Of a DNA stretch of 64,000 nucleotides, positions 1 to 13,682 are shown one piece after another (the first letter of the stretch is position 1; the number at the start of each line of letters is the position of its first letter). The position numbers and the translations under genes were made by a program. The notes under the pieces are model-generated. The model was not told the origin of the DNA. It made no database searches and worked only from the letters and a program-made list of their open reading frames with translations. Origin of the DNA: Vicugna vicugna (lineage: Eukaryota); contig MU058153.1 of assembly GCA_013265495.1 (NCBI GenBank), positions 808,001 through 872,000 on the forward strand, read 5' to 3'.

Positions 1-279
1 CATTGTAAATAATCTGTTTTTAAGATGAAACAATGCAAGGCCGCAGAAGGTATCAAATTTCTGCCCAAGCAGGGGCAACTGAAATACACATTTTAGGAAA
101 ATTTAGTCATGCAAAAAAAAGAGAAAAAATTAGCAGGAATGTTTATTAAGATATAAGTAACTGTAACTGCAAAGTGGCTTCGCTAATCCTCAACTCAAAT
201 AAAAGCAGAGAATGAAGCAGTGTCTGTTTTAGCCTTAATTGGAAGTAGTGACCATTTCCTAGAAATTTTAAGAGCAAGG

Positions 280-402
280 TATTGTAATCAGACTGTGATG
301 TTTGGGTTGACATCCCGTGCCTACAGCCATGTAGCCTTGCACTAATCACTTACTCTATGTCTTCCTCAGTTTCTCTACCTAGAAAAAAGGAGTAGAAATA
401 GC
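280..402 (+). mobile_element. MIR SINE fragment (ancient)
   Basis: Degenerate MIR core CCTCAGTTTCTCTACCTAGAAAAAAGG resembles CCTCAGTTTCCTCATCTGTAAAATGG. Confidence 0.45.
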
Positions 403-1239
403 TGGAATATGTCCCTTGTAAATGCTATTTATAAATGCTTTTGAGTAGCATTTACAGTCATGAATTCACCCTTAAAATTAACTTCTGGACTCTTTCTTGA
501 ATATGGGGTTAACAAAACAGAAAGTTACAGTGATAAACTCTGGACACCAGAAGTCACCATGACTCCTGTTCTGAATTCCATTATGCGGTGATGGTGATGA
601 TGATGATGGTCGTAATGACCAGGTCAATGCCTTAAAAGGAAATGGACACAAACGCCATCACATCTGTGGGTAGTGGAAAGAGAGTGACCTAGTCAATGTG
701 TCTAGAGCTTTGAGTAGAGGTGGAGATTGCATTTTCTAGTCACCTAGGTCTGAACTCTCCCACTGTCTTTGTTTAGTTTCAGAACTCACTGAGAGAGATG
801 TGGCCTCTCTTTTTTGAACTTACAGAGCCAGGCAATGCAGCATATCATTTTGCTCTTGTGTTCCACATAAACCACACATATCAGGCATATATATATGTAT
901 GCTGTTTATTTATTTATTTATTTTAACAGGTGTTCCTGAAGATTTTTTAATCTACTATAAGCAAACAGTTTAGCAACACAATTTTAAATTAAATATTAAA
1001 CAAGCTTATACCTTCAAATCCTTCACCTTAGTTCTTCCCAAATGCTGATCTTTTGTGTTCATGTCTGGCCATTCTCCCTTTTGTCTCCCTGAGAGTTATT
1101 GCTTTTTTTCCAGAAAGTATGTGATAGAGTCTGTTAGCAACTCCAAAATAATTTCTCTCACTGTATTATGCAAAGCAATCTGACCCTCCCCAAAGGCTGT
1201 CAAAGGACGATATCTGCGTAACCACAATGTCGTAGGAGA

Positions 1240-2340
1240 AACTGAATTGAGAGAGAACCTATTGTCAAACAGATGGGTCTTTTAGACAATGATAAAGATG
1301 TTGGGTTTTAATTCTAGTAAATTTAGAAGCTATTAGAATCTTTCAAATTGAGAGAAAGAAGTGATCCCTAACATATATTCTAGAAGTATCACCTTGGGTA
1401 ACAAGTGAAGAATGACCACGTGGGAGAAAAATCAGCAGAAGCAAGGAAACCAATTAGGAAGTTATTGCAACCATGAAGGCAAGATATAATGGTGATTTCT
1501 ATAAATATGGTTATTAGCAATAGAAGTCATGAAAAGTGTCAGATTTTGAAAATATATTGAGGATATAGCCCATAATATTTGCTTATGGGTTGTAGATAGC
1601 ATGTGAGGGGACAGAAAAAAAAAAAGTGTGTTCAAAATTTGAGGCTTTATCTACTAGAAGGAAAGAGTTTTGGATTCCTTAGATGGGCATTGCTGTAGGA
1701 AGGCAAGTTGGGACAATAGGGGAACTGGAAATTTGTCTTAAGACATACTGAGTTTCAGATGTGTATTAGATATCTCACCAGAGATGTTAAGAAGGAATTG
1801 AAAGATCAGAATTTGCAACCCAGGAGATAGGTTTAGGCTGAAGATTAAATGTGCCAATCATAATACAGATGCTGTGTATAGCCACAAGTTTGGATGAGAT
1901 TATCAATGGAGATAAGTGTAGAAACAAAGGAGAGGAGGTCCTTCAAACTAGGGCACTTCAGTGTTTAGATCAAAACAAGAGGATAGGGTGCTGAGATGGA
2001 ACAGCAAATATGTAGGAGAACCAGGAGAGTCTGGTGTTACTGAAGCCAAGTTGAGAAAGTGATTCTAGAAGATAAGAAAGACTTATAGATGCAGAGGTTG
2101 GCAAAAGGTTTGGTAAGATGACGATCAAGATTTCACCACTGAGTTCGTAAGCTAGGAGCCTCAACAAGAGCGAGAATGGTGGAGCTGCAAAGCCGAAAAC
2201 TTGATCAGAGTGAACGCAAGAAGTAGAAGGGATCTGAGGGCAGGTGATGCATACAGATAACTATTTGAAGGAGTTTTGCTATAAAAAGGAAAAGCAATAG
2301 GATGGATGGTGACTAAAAGGGAGTGTGGTATTAGGAGAGA
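1240..2340 (-). mobile_element. LINE-2 (L2a-like) fragment, ~1.1 kb
   Basis: Purine-rich run collinear with antisense L2 motifs, e.g. GAAACCAATTAGGAAGTTATTGCA, GAGTTTCAGATGTGTATTAGATATC, GGATGAGATTATC, GGAGAACCAGGAGAG. Confidence 0.8.
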
Positions 2341-2615
2341 TTTGAGATTAAAAAAATTAATTTGATATTAATTTGTTTGATGGAACATATAGCCTACTGA
2401 TGATGGTTCAGGAAAAAGTGAAAATTTGATTTTGTTATTAAAAGGGACAATTTCAGGAAAGAAGCCTTATAGTCGGTAAGTCAAGACAGTACTTAACATG
2501 CAGTAATGTTGTTTTAGATGTCAGTAAAGTCAAAATAAAGAGACAGAATAAATGACTCATCATAGAAGTTAAATAAAGGCTGGCTATTAATATTATCTAG
2601 AAACTTGCACATATT

Positions 2616-2745
2616 GTTATTAAAAAAAGATGGTAGGGGAGGTAATTCGTTTTATTTATTTATTTTTAATGGAGGTATAGGGGATTGAACCCAGGACGTC
2701 ATGCATGCTAGGCAGGCACTCTACTACTGAGCTGTACCCTCCCCC
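2616..2745 (-). mobile_element. tRNA-Ala-derived SINE (camelid vic-1-like), long form
   Basis: Minus strand reads GGGGGAGGGTACAGCTCAGTAGTAGAG (A box) ... GGGTTCAATCCCC (B box), then an A-rich linker and AATTACCTCCCC. 11-bp TSD TTGCACATATT at 2605-2615 and 2747-2757. Confidence 0.9.
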
Positions 2746-4943
2746 TTTGCACATATTAATTATTCACATTATAGGAAATTTATTACAACAATAATTTCTT
2801 ACTGGAAATTGAAGTTATTAAAAATTTGTTGAAGAAACTTATAAGACTCATTGCCTATTATTACTTTCACCCTTCCTGCTGGTATGGATTCTCTCAAGGA
2901 GGAAATTCTCCTCCTCTCTCAAGGGGAGCAACCTGGGACAAAGTAACTCTTGAGCCTAACTGCCTCCTGCAAACCTGCTTCACTTGGCTTCACTGAAAAT
3001 TGGTGGTGGTGAGAGGAACTGGGTGGCGACTCAGATACCAGCGCCCTTGGCACGATTCTCTTCTCCAAGGCCAGACTTAGATTTCCAGAACTATTGAAAC
3101 CCATTTCAGGAACTATCTCTCATTCTGTCTCTTTGTTTGCTGGTTTGATTTGTAGACGACTATGCCTGAAATCAGCTTAACCTGCTAGGTAGTGAGCTTG
3201 GAATCTTGCTGCTCCATAATGAAGGTCCTTGTGATGGGCAAGCAGAAGTTGGTTGTTAAATTGCAGAGTTTTCAAGGACTTTCCATGAACTCCAGCTGTA
3301 ATTCCAAACTGGTATTTCACTAAGTCAGAAAGGAGTGCAAATGGCCTACTTCCCCTGTCCTTTCTGCCAATTTGCTGTAAGTGCTGATTATTTTGTCAAG
3401 CGTTTTGAGCTCAGCCCTCTGCCTATAGTATCTGCAGCCTCTGATGGATTGTGGTGAGGGCAGTAAGTGTTGGAAATGAAATGTCTTGTTTATTTAAGAG
3501 AAGAGTTGAAAGTGAAACAGGGTTTGCTCTGCTTTTGGGAAGACTGAGTAAATGCTAACGAGAAGTAATTGAAAGTCTTTATTTTCATATGAAAAATCAA
3601 GGGCAGATAATCCCTACATGCCCGGAATGGCAAGGCGGCTACTTTCATTAGAGGATAAAGAGCACCCTTAGAATGAAACAATCTCTGTTTATATTTTATT
3701 CAGGAGTTTGAAGAAGAGTCACATATAAAGTGTTAATCTATCATCCTTTATGCCTCTGTGGTTAGCAACTGTATTGAATCTCAACAAAGGGAAGTTTTGC
3801 TTATTAAGAGTCTAGAATTCTTGATCTTGTGAAGTTTCTTTTAAAAATCTAACTAATACATTTTTAAGAAATTAACTGAGGGCGAAGAAAATCCTGACAA
3901 TTTGTTATCAATGCTTGTGACAGCGAATCTGAAATAATCCAGTAACATTTTAAACATTAATTTATTTCAAAGTTATGTCTGAAGTAGTAGTTTTTAATAG
4001 AATGGAATCCAAGGGGACAGGTCTTCACATATTCTGCAAAATTTTAATTACCAAAACAATGCAAGACACCATCGGTTTCCTTTATTATGGGTGTGCATGC
4101 TGGAGGTAGGGCTCTTTAATGATATTCAATAAACATTCTTAAGCCCCTTATTGTATGTTCAATCCTATGCAAAGTAGCCACTGAGGGAAAGAGAGAGGAA
4201 GGGGAAGAAGTGGTGAGAATTATAAAATAAATATCACGCAATCCACTTTTTACTTAAAGACCCAGAAGCTAATAGTTGTCTGTTCCTGGACAGCACCATA
4301 GAACTAAAGACGTACAAGTCTATGATCAGAGCACTTAACCAAAGCAATAACAGTCCTGATAAAAATTACTAGAATGGTTACAATATGCTTGATGTTTATT
4401 TTAATTAAAGCTACAGGAAGCATAGGACTTCACACTGAACATGCAGGAAGATGAGGACTGTCTGACAGAATGGGGTACAAAGAAGAATTGAGGCTATGAC
4501 GTTATGGAGACTTGGGAATAATGCACAGAGACTCAGGGACAATTGCACAGTGAGCACTTCCAAGCCAGAGCATGTGTTCAAACTAAGCAGAGAGGAAGCA
4601 TGAGGGATAAACAGGCATCCTCAACACTACGGTCTTCTGCTAAGCCTCGCTACGTGCAGCTATTCCATTGTCCTCTGAAAAAAAAATGAGCATCCAGGAA
4701 AAATCATGTATGAACCAACATTACTTATTCCTTATGCTGTTATCATTTCCTGTGTATCAAACACAAACAGGCTTCTTTATGTTTCAAAGACACACATTGT
4801 CTCAGAACGGATAGAATATAGGAATTTAGTGAAGTCTCAATAGGGAAGAAGGATTTTGTCTGAAACCAGAAGAATGGAGTTTGAATAAATAGAATAGATT
4901 AATCTTGTGTAATAAGGACTAATGATATTATTAATATATAGCT

Positions 4944-5110
4944 GGGCGAAGGTGTAGCTCAGTGGTAGAGAGCTTTCTTAGCATGCACGAGGTTCTGGGT
5001 TCAACCTCTAGTATCTGTAAAAAAATAATAATAAAATATAAAAATGTATAAGTAAGCCTAATTACCATCCCCCACAAGAAAAGAAAAAGAAATAAAAAGA
5101 TAAAATAATT
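4944..5110 (+). mobile_element. tRNA-Ala-derived SINE (vic-1-like), long form
   Basis: GGTGTAGCTCAGTGGTAGAG...CTTAGCATGCACGAGGTTCTGGGTTCAACC, A-rich linker, CCTAATTACCATCCCCC, A-rich tail. Confidence 0.88.
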
Positions 5111-5359
5111 GTAAAAAATACTAAACTACAGCACTGTCAATATGCATAATAAGAATTATGTGACAACATGTTAGGTACCCATCTGGGTAAATTGGTAAAG
5201 AAAGAAAATGGTTTTAGGTGGTTAAAGTAACTGAAAATTATAAATCACTTTTTTCCAGAGCAGTTCTTTGGGATGTACAGAAAGCATAGGTTTTAAAGAT
5301 CAGACCCAATCAAATATGTCGGAGATATGTTTCTTTTAACTGTGTGACGTGGAGTGTCA

Positions 5360-6110
5360 TCTGTGATTGCCCCTTTTCCTTACTGTCCATCTCTAGTCCA
5401 TCATAAGACCTGCCAATTCCACCTCCAAACTATATCCAGTCCCCACAGCCATGACTCTGGTCCAACGCGGCTCTTCAGCCACTTAATATCATTTGATTGA
5501 TCCTCACAGATCATTCTCTACATGGCAGCCAGAACGGTCTTTCAAAATGTAACTCTGATCAAGTCATTCCTGCGCACATAGTCCTCTGCTGGTCCTTAAC
5601 AGTGTTAAAAAATAATAATAATCAAGACCCTTATCTTGGTTTTCAGAACTATTTCCTGCCTAATTCTCTGACCTCACTGGATACCACTCTCTTTTCATTT
5701 AGTCCTCTGGGCCACCCTGGCCATCTTTCTGTTTCTCAGACATAGCAAGATTGCCCTTTCTTTGGGACCATGCCTTTAGCTTTTCTTCCTCATTGGGAAC
5801 AGGCATCCCCAGCCCATCAAAATGACGGCTCCTATCACCCTTTGACTTGCTTCTTCCAAGGGTCCATCCCTGACCCATCTCTGTTGTGCCTGCTCTCTGA
5901 GCTGTAACATTCTTTTCCTCGCTCTGTTCTATATCACTTGATTTGTTCCTTAGCACTGATCGCTAAATACAATTTTTTCTAATTATTTGATGATTATGTG
6001 TTTTTTCTATTCAACTAGATTCTTAGCTCAATTATGAATAAATATTTATTTTGTTTACTCTTGTATCTCCACCACCAAGAACAATATTTGGCAATAACAC
6101 TTACTGAAGA
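5360..6110 (+). mobile_element. LINE-2 3' fragment lying between two halves of a MIR
   Basis: Pyrimidine-rich L2 motifs (CAATTCCACCTCCAAACTATATCC, GGCAGCCAGAACGGTCTTTCAAAATGTAACTCTGATCAAGTCA). MIR-like halves at ~5285-5352 and ~6120-6235. Confidence 0.7.
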
Positions 6111-6297
6111 AGAAATAAAGCTGTAGTTTCTCTCATGCAAAATTGGAAAATAACGCCTACCTTGCAGGACTGTGGAGATTACGCGCCAGGCACATTCCAT
6201 GACGTGCAGGACGGATGCTGCTCACCAAGGATTAATTCCGTTCCTCTGACCTCTGCTGTTTGAAAATATATTCTGATTTAAACTATTGCTGCAGGTT

Positions 6298-6757
6298 GTA
6301 TATTAGTTTCCTTGGGGCATTATAACAAATTACCATAAACTTGGATGGCTTAAAAATAACAAATGTATTATGTCACAGTACTGGAGGCTAGAAGTCTGAA
6401 ATCAAGGTGTCAGTGGGTCCTTGCTCCTTCTCTGAAGACTTTAAGAGGAGGATCCATCTCTGCCTGGTTCCAACTTCTGGTGGTTGCCAACAATCCTTGG
6501 AGTGAGTTCATGGTTTGTAGCAGCGTAACTCTAATCTCTGCCTCCATCTTCACATGTCTGTCTTCCCTGTATGTGTGTATGTCTATGTGCCTCAGTTTTC
6601 TGTTCTTCTAAGAGTCACTGGATCACGGTGCAGTCGAATCCAGCGTGACCTCATCTTACCCAGTTCCATATACAAAGGCCTGTTTCCAAACTGTCACATT
6701 CTGAGATTGTGGGTACATACAGATTTTTTTTTTTTTGAGGACATTATTCAATCCAAG
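6298..6757 (-). mobile_element. MLT1 (ERVL-MaLR) solo LTR
   Basis: TGTATATTAGTTTCCTTGGGGCATTATAACAAATTACCA...CTGGAGGCTAGAAGTCTGAAATCAAGGTGTC...GAGGACATTATTCAATCC matches antisense MLT1B/C motifs. Confidence 0.85.
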
Positions 6758-7364
6758 AATGTCTGTTTCTGATAATATTGTAAGTTCCTTGAGGGCAGGG
6801 ACCATAGATTTCTGCTAAACCAAGTACTCCCTCAGTAATTAGCAGAGTGACTTCCTGGATGTAATGGAGCAGGTTTTCACTTATTATTTTGGGAAAAGTT
6901 TTGGTGGTCAAGCAGTAGAAAAAAGAGCACATCTGTATTAAAATATGTAATGGAAACTTTTGCCTTATGGAGGAGAAGAGAGGAAGCCAAGCAGAGCAAC
7001 CAGTCACATGGCAGGTTAACTTCTCCCCCATAGAAGACTGTGTAGTTCAAACTTTAATTCCTTTACAACACTGTTAAAACACCAGAAGAACATATTAATT
7101 AGAAAAAGTGATTCTGAGTCAAATCTAGGGTATTTCTAATGGCTGGAAAACTAAAGCATGCTGCTGCTTCTTCTGTATCACTACTTAAAATGTGTATTTT
7201 TTATTATCAATTTTAATTTTATTTTCCTAGAATTCTAGAATCCTTGGGCCTGAAAGTACCTTTATGACAGCTGAGAAAACTCCCCTTTCACTTATTTGAT
7301 ATTTGAATTTCCCTTTATCCTCCGAAATCTTTGTCCAGCTTACACGCAGCTGTGGTTTCTTGCT

Positions 7365-7482
7365 AGGATGGACGTATCTTGAGACCAGGGATTGTGTCTC
7401 TTTCATCATCCATGTTGTGCCCAGCACCTAGTACAGTGAGAGGCACAGGGTGGGCACACCACTAATATGTGTTAAATGAATA
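7365..7482 (+). mobile_element. LINE-2 3' end
   Basis: CCCAGCACCTAGTACAGTG...GGCACAG...AATATGTGTTAAATGAAT resembles the L2 terminus. Confidence 0.7.
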
Positions 7483-8089
7483 GCAAAACATGTATCAAGT
7501 CACAGATTTCAGGAGGGTGGTCGGGGAATGGCGGGATGCTGCGCCAGGTAACAGAGACACAGAGAACGGTGCCAGGGCTTACTGTTAATACCTTTTCTTT
7601 TGCACTCTTTTGGCCACATACACAGATATAACACACAACTGCAAGTTGCAACAGTGCCTGACTCTAACTCAAATTCTAAAATACCCATCCAAGGAGGCAA
7701 AACTAAACTTTGATTCCTGTTATGTATTTGCAGCTTTCCTGTCTATAATAGCCCCTCCCTACCTAAGGTGACTCACGGGACAGTCTCATAGTCCCGAGGC
7801 TACAATAGCTGGCTTCTGTGGAGAGGGACAACAATGAAGGAGGAGGAACTTGTGCTGAAGAAGTTAGAGGCCAGTCTGACTCCTAAAGCAAGGCTTAGAC
7901 TGAAACCTGACGTTAACTGTGTGTGGATGGCGCATGGACGTTCTAGTGGGGAAAACAGGAAGCCTTCTCTTTGGGGTGCTACCTACATGGACAGATTTTT
8001 TTGTAAATGAACAAAATCCTCAGTTCCCACGTGAGTGTTTCCCTCACACTTGGGAGCACATGACTTCTTTTTCCAACATGCTCCCGTGA

Positions 8090-8270
8090 CATCTCGAGCT
8101 TCGCTTTTTACAGTGCTTATCACACTGATTGTAGTTTTAGTATCTGCATTCCTTCTGAATTGCACATTCCACAGGATGAGAACCATGCTGGCCGATCCAC
8201 TGCCAGACCCCTAGTGCCTGCTAGCACAGTGCCTGGCAGGTAGCAGATAACCATTTATTTTGTGGAATTA
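8090..8270 (+). mobile_element. LINE-2 3' end
   Basis: CCCTAGTGCCTGCTAGCACAGTGCCTGGCAGGTAGCAG resembles the L2 terminus. Confidence 0.65.
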
Positions 8271-9159
8271 AACTTAACTGAGTTATGTTTTTGATCCCAA
8301 AAAGCAGGTTTCTTCTCCCAGATGAATCAATCAATTAAAAAGACAGGTTGCTTTCCATATTACAATAAAAGAACACTGACTCCAAATTCACTATAAGTAC
8401 TTCTTCAATTGGTCTTTTATGTAGATTTTCAGTCTTCCTCAAAGTATGTTTTATGTTGCTGTTTTGTACCCTTATTGACACATAAAGAAAATCACCCCGA
8501 ATCTTGTATTTCCTATCTCTGAGAAGCCATTTAGTTCAACTTCTCCATTTATATATTAGAAAATGGCCTTTATTAAAACAATATATGTTAAAAAAATAAG
8601 CAATAGAGGATCATATTATCTACTGAAAAGTAAAGAAGAAGAGGCATTCAATCAATTCACTGTAATTGGTGATTTGATGGTAGATGGTTGGTTATAAGTT
8701 AAAACCATAGTTTACTCAGGTCTCTGGACTAGAAATGGCGTTATTTCTCAGTGCCATATTCTAATCAGCAACTGTGACGTTTTAGTCTAGTGCAGAGTTT
8801 GAGGAAACAGTTACATTTGAGTATCTTCCAGCAATACCACTGGATGTTTAGCAGTTTTTAAAAACTTTGATTTATTTGCTAAAGAACAGTTTGAAACACC
8901 AACAGCAAAGCATCTTTCTTGAAAGCTCCCTTCTCTGAGTGTCTTCTGTCTGATTGGGAGTAAGTGTATGTTCTCTGTTCAGTTTCCTACCTTTGCCTCC
9001 ATGCTTATTGTAAGCTGCCCGGTGAATGTTTATCTATTCAAATTAAATATCCTTCTCTGCAGAGAATTGCTGTATTGTTCACCTCAAAAATATGGGAGAT
9101 AATTAATCTTCCTTTCTATCGCAGCTGAAAGTCTGTATGAGGGAATGGTAACCGGGGGT

Positions 9160-9193
9160 GAATGCTAGTCGTGGGCGAATGCTAGTCGTGGGC
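9160..9193. repeat. Perfect 17-bp tandem duplication (GAATGCTAGTCGTGGGC)x2
   Basis: Read directly: 9160-9176 is identical to 9177-9193. Confidence 0.95.
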
Positions 9194-9689
9194 ATAGGGA
9201 TTCCAAAGCCAACGAGGATCCAAAAGTGCACAGGAAGGGATTTGAGTCAGACCTATGATTCAAAACTGGATTAGCAACTCATATTTGCTATCACACATTT
9301 TTGTCTGATGACTATTCTAATCTTAACTAATGAATAGTTCCAGTCACTCTCATATATGATTCAGTGAACAGTGCAAATGACTTAACATGGCAATTAAGTT
9401 CTGAAACTCCCTGACGCTGGGATTACTAGAGCATTCCCCATCAGAGGAGACAAGTAGAAATTACTGTGCTAAAACCATTTCAGTTAAAAAACAGTGACTA
9501 TTCTTTTGAGCTCAAATGGTTAAGACTGCAAAGGCTTTTAACATTTTAAATAGGAAAAGCATGAAAAGAGATGTAACCCCTTTTAAAATCACCTCAACAT
9601 GGGCCTTGACTGAGTTGACTAACTCAGTACTTTCCAATCGAGAAGTCTCTGGGGCTCTTCAACTGAGTGTAGTTCATTCAGTTTCTATT

Positions 9690-10217
9690 TATATTATTTA
9701 TGTATTTCTGTTTTACAGTATTACCAAAAACTTAGCAATTAAAAAAAAAACATATGCTTATTATCTCACTGTCTCTCTGGATCAGGACCTCAGGCACAGC
9801 TTAGCTGCATTTTCCATTTCAGAGTTTCACAAGGAGGCCAGCAAAGGTTTTAGGCAGGTCTTGGGTGTCATCTGGCTTTGACTGGGGAAGGATCCTCTTC
9901 CAAGCTCACTAACCAACCTGTAGGACTAAGGGTCTCAGTTTCTTGCTGTCAGCCAGAGGCCACCCTCAATTCCTTGCCACGTGGGTGCTTCATCACAGCT
10001 GCTTCATCAGAGTCAGCAAGAGAGAGTCTCCCGGCAAGAAGAACATTTACTCTTATGTAATGAATGCAAGGCAGTGACATCCCTTCACCTTTGCCAGAAT
10101 ATACTGATTGGGAGCAAAGCCTGAGTCCTGCCCGCACTCAAGGGGAGGGGTGACCAAGGGCAGGAGTACCAGGAGGCAAGGATAATTGGTAGTCATCTTA
10201 AAATTTTCTGCCCTACT
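9690..10217 (-). mobile_element. MLT1 (F/G-like) MaLR solo LTR
   Basis: CCAAAAACTTAGCAATTAAAA...TTATTATCTCAC...GACTGGGGAAGGATCCTCTTCCAAGCTCAC...CTGCCCGCACTCAAGGGGAGGGG...CCAGGAGGCAAGGAT. Confidence 0.8.
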
Positions 10218-12447
10218 TGCCTGTAAAATGAGAATCAGTGTTTCTTGCCTGGTTTATGGCTCTGAACCATAGAGCTAAGAAACTTGCTGTTTCATGTTCA
10301 GAAGCACAGATTTTCAATTTAAAATGCATTTGGTTTCTAGATCTAGTGCTCTCTAGAATTAGGTTTTATGGATTGGTACAATTTAATGGAGAAGGGAGGA
10401 AAAAAACAAAAATGGGGAACTGATATAGGATTGCCAACTTTTATGAAAAATACATAAAAGAAAAATAAAAAAGCTAATATAATTATTAAAAAAAAGACTG
10501 ATTAAACACCAAAAAAGGACAAAAATCTCAGAATACAGACTATTCCTTTTATTAAATGAATATATTTTTATTTTAAATTTTTAGTTTTTGTTTGTCTTTA
10601 CCATAGACTAGTGAGAAGTTAGTAACTTCACCATTTCTCAGATTGGCATTTGGGAACTATTATAGCACAGAAATGAGATTTTTTTTTAATAATTTAAGAT
10701 GTATAATATGCTTAACTCCTAAAGAAGTTACCCAGATTTACAACTTAAATCTGGAGCAAAACGAAACTTTTAAATATGAAAGTGAACAGAGACCATTAAA
10801 GGAAGCAGAAGGAATAGACAATGCCAGATGCCAAAGAGAAGTGAGCGGAAAGTAGGGCACCAAATTTGGCTCTGAGGTCTTTGGCCATCAAGTTTCCTTA
10901 TGTAGATGACAAGTTTGGATAAGAGAATGTGTGACTCTAACTAAGGAGAGATTATTTTTTCCTTGGACTTGAACTCAGTCAGAATTTAGCCCATGAGTTC
11001 TTCTGCTAGGGACTCTTGTCTTACAGCTTTCTAGAGTTTTGAGCAATGTCTCTAAATGGCATCCTTAATATTTAGAGGGAGTAATATTTTTCAAACTTCT
11101 TACCCTTCTTTATATGCTTTTAATCATTGTAGCCATTGCATTACTCACAGTGGGTAGGGTGGCTAGAAGGGGCAGAGGCTGGGTAGGTACTCAGATACTA
11201 CGTTTTGTACCAGGAATATGTGGTTATGATTATCTTACCTAATACAAAGCAGAACCTAGAGGATTTAATAAAAGGTGAACCCAATAGGCAGACTGGGTGG
11301 TTTAGGCAATTATAATTTCCTCTGTCTCTAGGAAATCTGGTAATTAAAAAAAGTAAACTCTTTTTTATGTACAATTAACATGATCATTTTTTAAAGGTGA
11401 ATTCACTCTTCTTTGTTTGTTCTTAATGATTATATTGGATGCGAGGGCATGCTATGCTGTTGGCCTAAAGTGAAGAAAGAGGAGAAAGATTCCGTAATGT
11501 AGAGGCCAGTGGTTTAGAGTGGACGAGAGAGATAAGGTAGGATTTGACAAAGAGGCCCAGGCAGGCAAGAGAAACGCAGCTAGGAAAGCTCACCTTGGAG
11601 AATAGCAGAGGAAGAATCACAGAACCACAGCATCGCAAAGCCAATCACTGGAATAGAAAGAAGAGGAGAATGGAACCCAGACAATCACTGAAGAGCATGG
11701 TTTGGGAAGATATCACAGGGGTCGGTTTTAAAAAATAAATAAATAACCATAATAGGCTATTAGGATATAACTGATTTTTGTTTTCTTCCCCGAGACCCTT
11801 GGAGGGGCTGAGTTCCAGATGTGCCTTTGGTAAACTGAATTCTTCACGACAGCAGTGACTGAGGAAAGCAGGAGAATGCTGCAGCAGTTTAGAAGTAAGA
11901 GGAAAAGTGGAATTACCTCCTTGTTCCGTTTCTGTGCAGGTAGAAATCAGATTTGTTTAGGCTAATAAAAAATGTATAAAAGACTTGATATCATATTCAT
12001 CGTCCACTCCTTTGCAGTTCAAATACGCAAAGAAGTAAAAGGAACGGAAGATGATCTAGATCAGTAAAATCATCAGCATTTACGTGTTAACGGTCCCAAG
12101 AGATCTTTCTGCGGTAGAACAACAGAGAGCTTTTGAAACTGAGGATACAGATTTATATCCAGAGCTCATGAAATTGCGGTGTCAAACAGCAGGATGCATA
12201 GTACTTTGCAGAAAGCTGGAGATTTTTTTTTTTTTTATGAAGAGAGGAGTCTCAGAGATTCCAACTCACTCAGCTAGGAGAAACTCTAGAATGTAAATTT
12301 ATCACAAGATCCCAGGGCTTGTCTGATGCTCAAAAGATCAGAAAGACATTGTCTTTGAGGAAGCATAGCCTTAAATTACTCTGGAGGCAATTACTTGTTT
12401 GCAGGTCTCAGCAGCCAGAGAATCTAGAATTCATGTTAAGAACCACC

Positions 12448-12672
12448 ACTTATTAAGTGCTACTATACTTTGTATAGTTTATGTATTTACATGTAATTGA
12501 CCTCAACACAACTGTCCAAGAAATATAACAGTATATCCAATTTACAGATAAGTACTCTTACACTGAGAGAGGTTAAGTCAATTTTTCACAGCTACAGAGC
12601 TATTAGGTGATGAAATTGTGATTCAAAATTAGTTCTGACTGATTTCAAACACTGCACTCTTCTCCTCTGTGC
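12448..12672 (-). mobile_element. MIR SINE
   Basis: CCAATTTACAGATAAG...CTGAGAGAGGTTAAGTCAATTTTTCACAGCTACAGAGCTATTA...GATTCAAA is an antisense MIR core. Confidence 0.75.
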
Positions 12673-13089
12673 TGTGATGCCACCCAGAATGCCTTGTTGG
12701 TATTAACTGCTAATACTAAGTACACTTGGAGTTATTATCAGAAGAGATTGTAAAGATGAATCTATAAATTATTTCCTCCAAATCAGTAGAGTTTTCTTCC
12801 ATATCCCATCTAATGAGTTGATCATGCTCATATGGGTCATTGGTAAATTCTATTTTATTCATTAAACAAAAATGTATTGATTGTCAACTGTGTACCAAAT
12901 ATTGTTATCAATACTTGGCAGACCAGCAAGACAAAACCCAAGCATCTAGAACCTTCCATAATGTATTTCTAGCCACTCTGTCCTTGAAAGCCACCATCCA
13001 AATCACTGGATAGTGCCTGGGATACCACTCAGAACCACATAAGCATTATCCCAATGCCCAGGATGGAGCATTTCCCCATTTTAGTAAAT

Positions 13090-13682
13090 GCCAGGTAAAT
13101 TCTGTTACTTCTAAATACAGAATTCATCTTAAGTCTGTACACTTCTTCTTGGCTTCACTTCCACTTGGTATAAACACCATGGCCTCTCATCTGAATTAAT
13201 ACAATACATCCTATACGGTTAATACAATAACTGTTTCTGATTCCCTCTTTGCTTCTATCCAAACCATTTTTAACATAACAGCATGCTGATGTAGCTGAGT
13301 TAACTGTTCAAAGCCTAAATTTACTGGGGATGTGTTACTACTCCAGTCTCTCCAGTGGATCCCCATTGCGCGCAGTATAAGACTTACTCTTTGTGGTGGC
13401 CTGCCAAGCCCTGTATAATCTAGCCCCTAACTCTTGAAACTCATTACAGACAGTCTCCCCATTGTTTGCAATGCTTCAGTCACTCTGGCTTCTTCATTTA
13501 TGACCCAGCAAGCCACTCCCTTTCCTGTTTTCAGGACTTTAGACTTATTTTCTCTTCCAAGGGCACTCTTCCTCCCAGCAGGGTCCTTGCTCCCAACACA
13601 AGGGTCACTGCAATACCCATGACACCTAGGACGATGTCTATCAGAGAGCAGAAACTCAATTAATATGTATGGTATAAAGGAA
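13090..13682 (+). mobile_element. LINE-2 3' fragment
   Basis: L2-like pyrimidine tracts ending CACCTAGGACGATGTCT...AGCAGAAACTCAATTAATATG. Confidence 0.55.
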
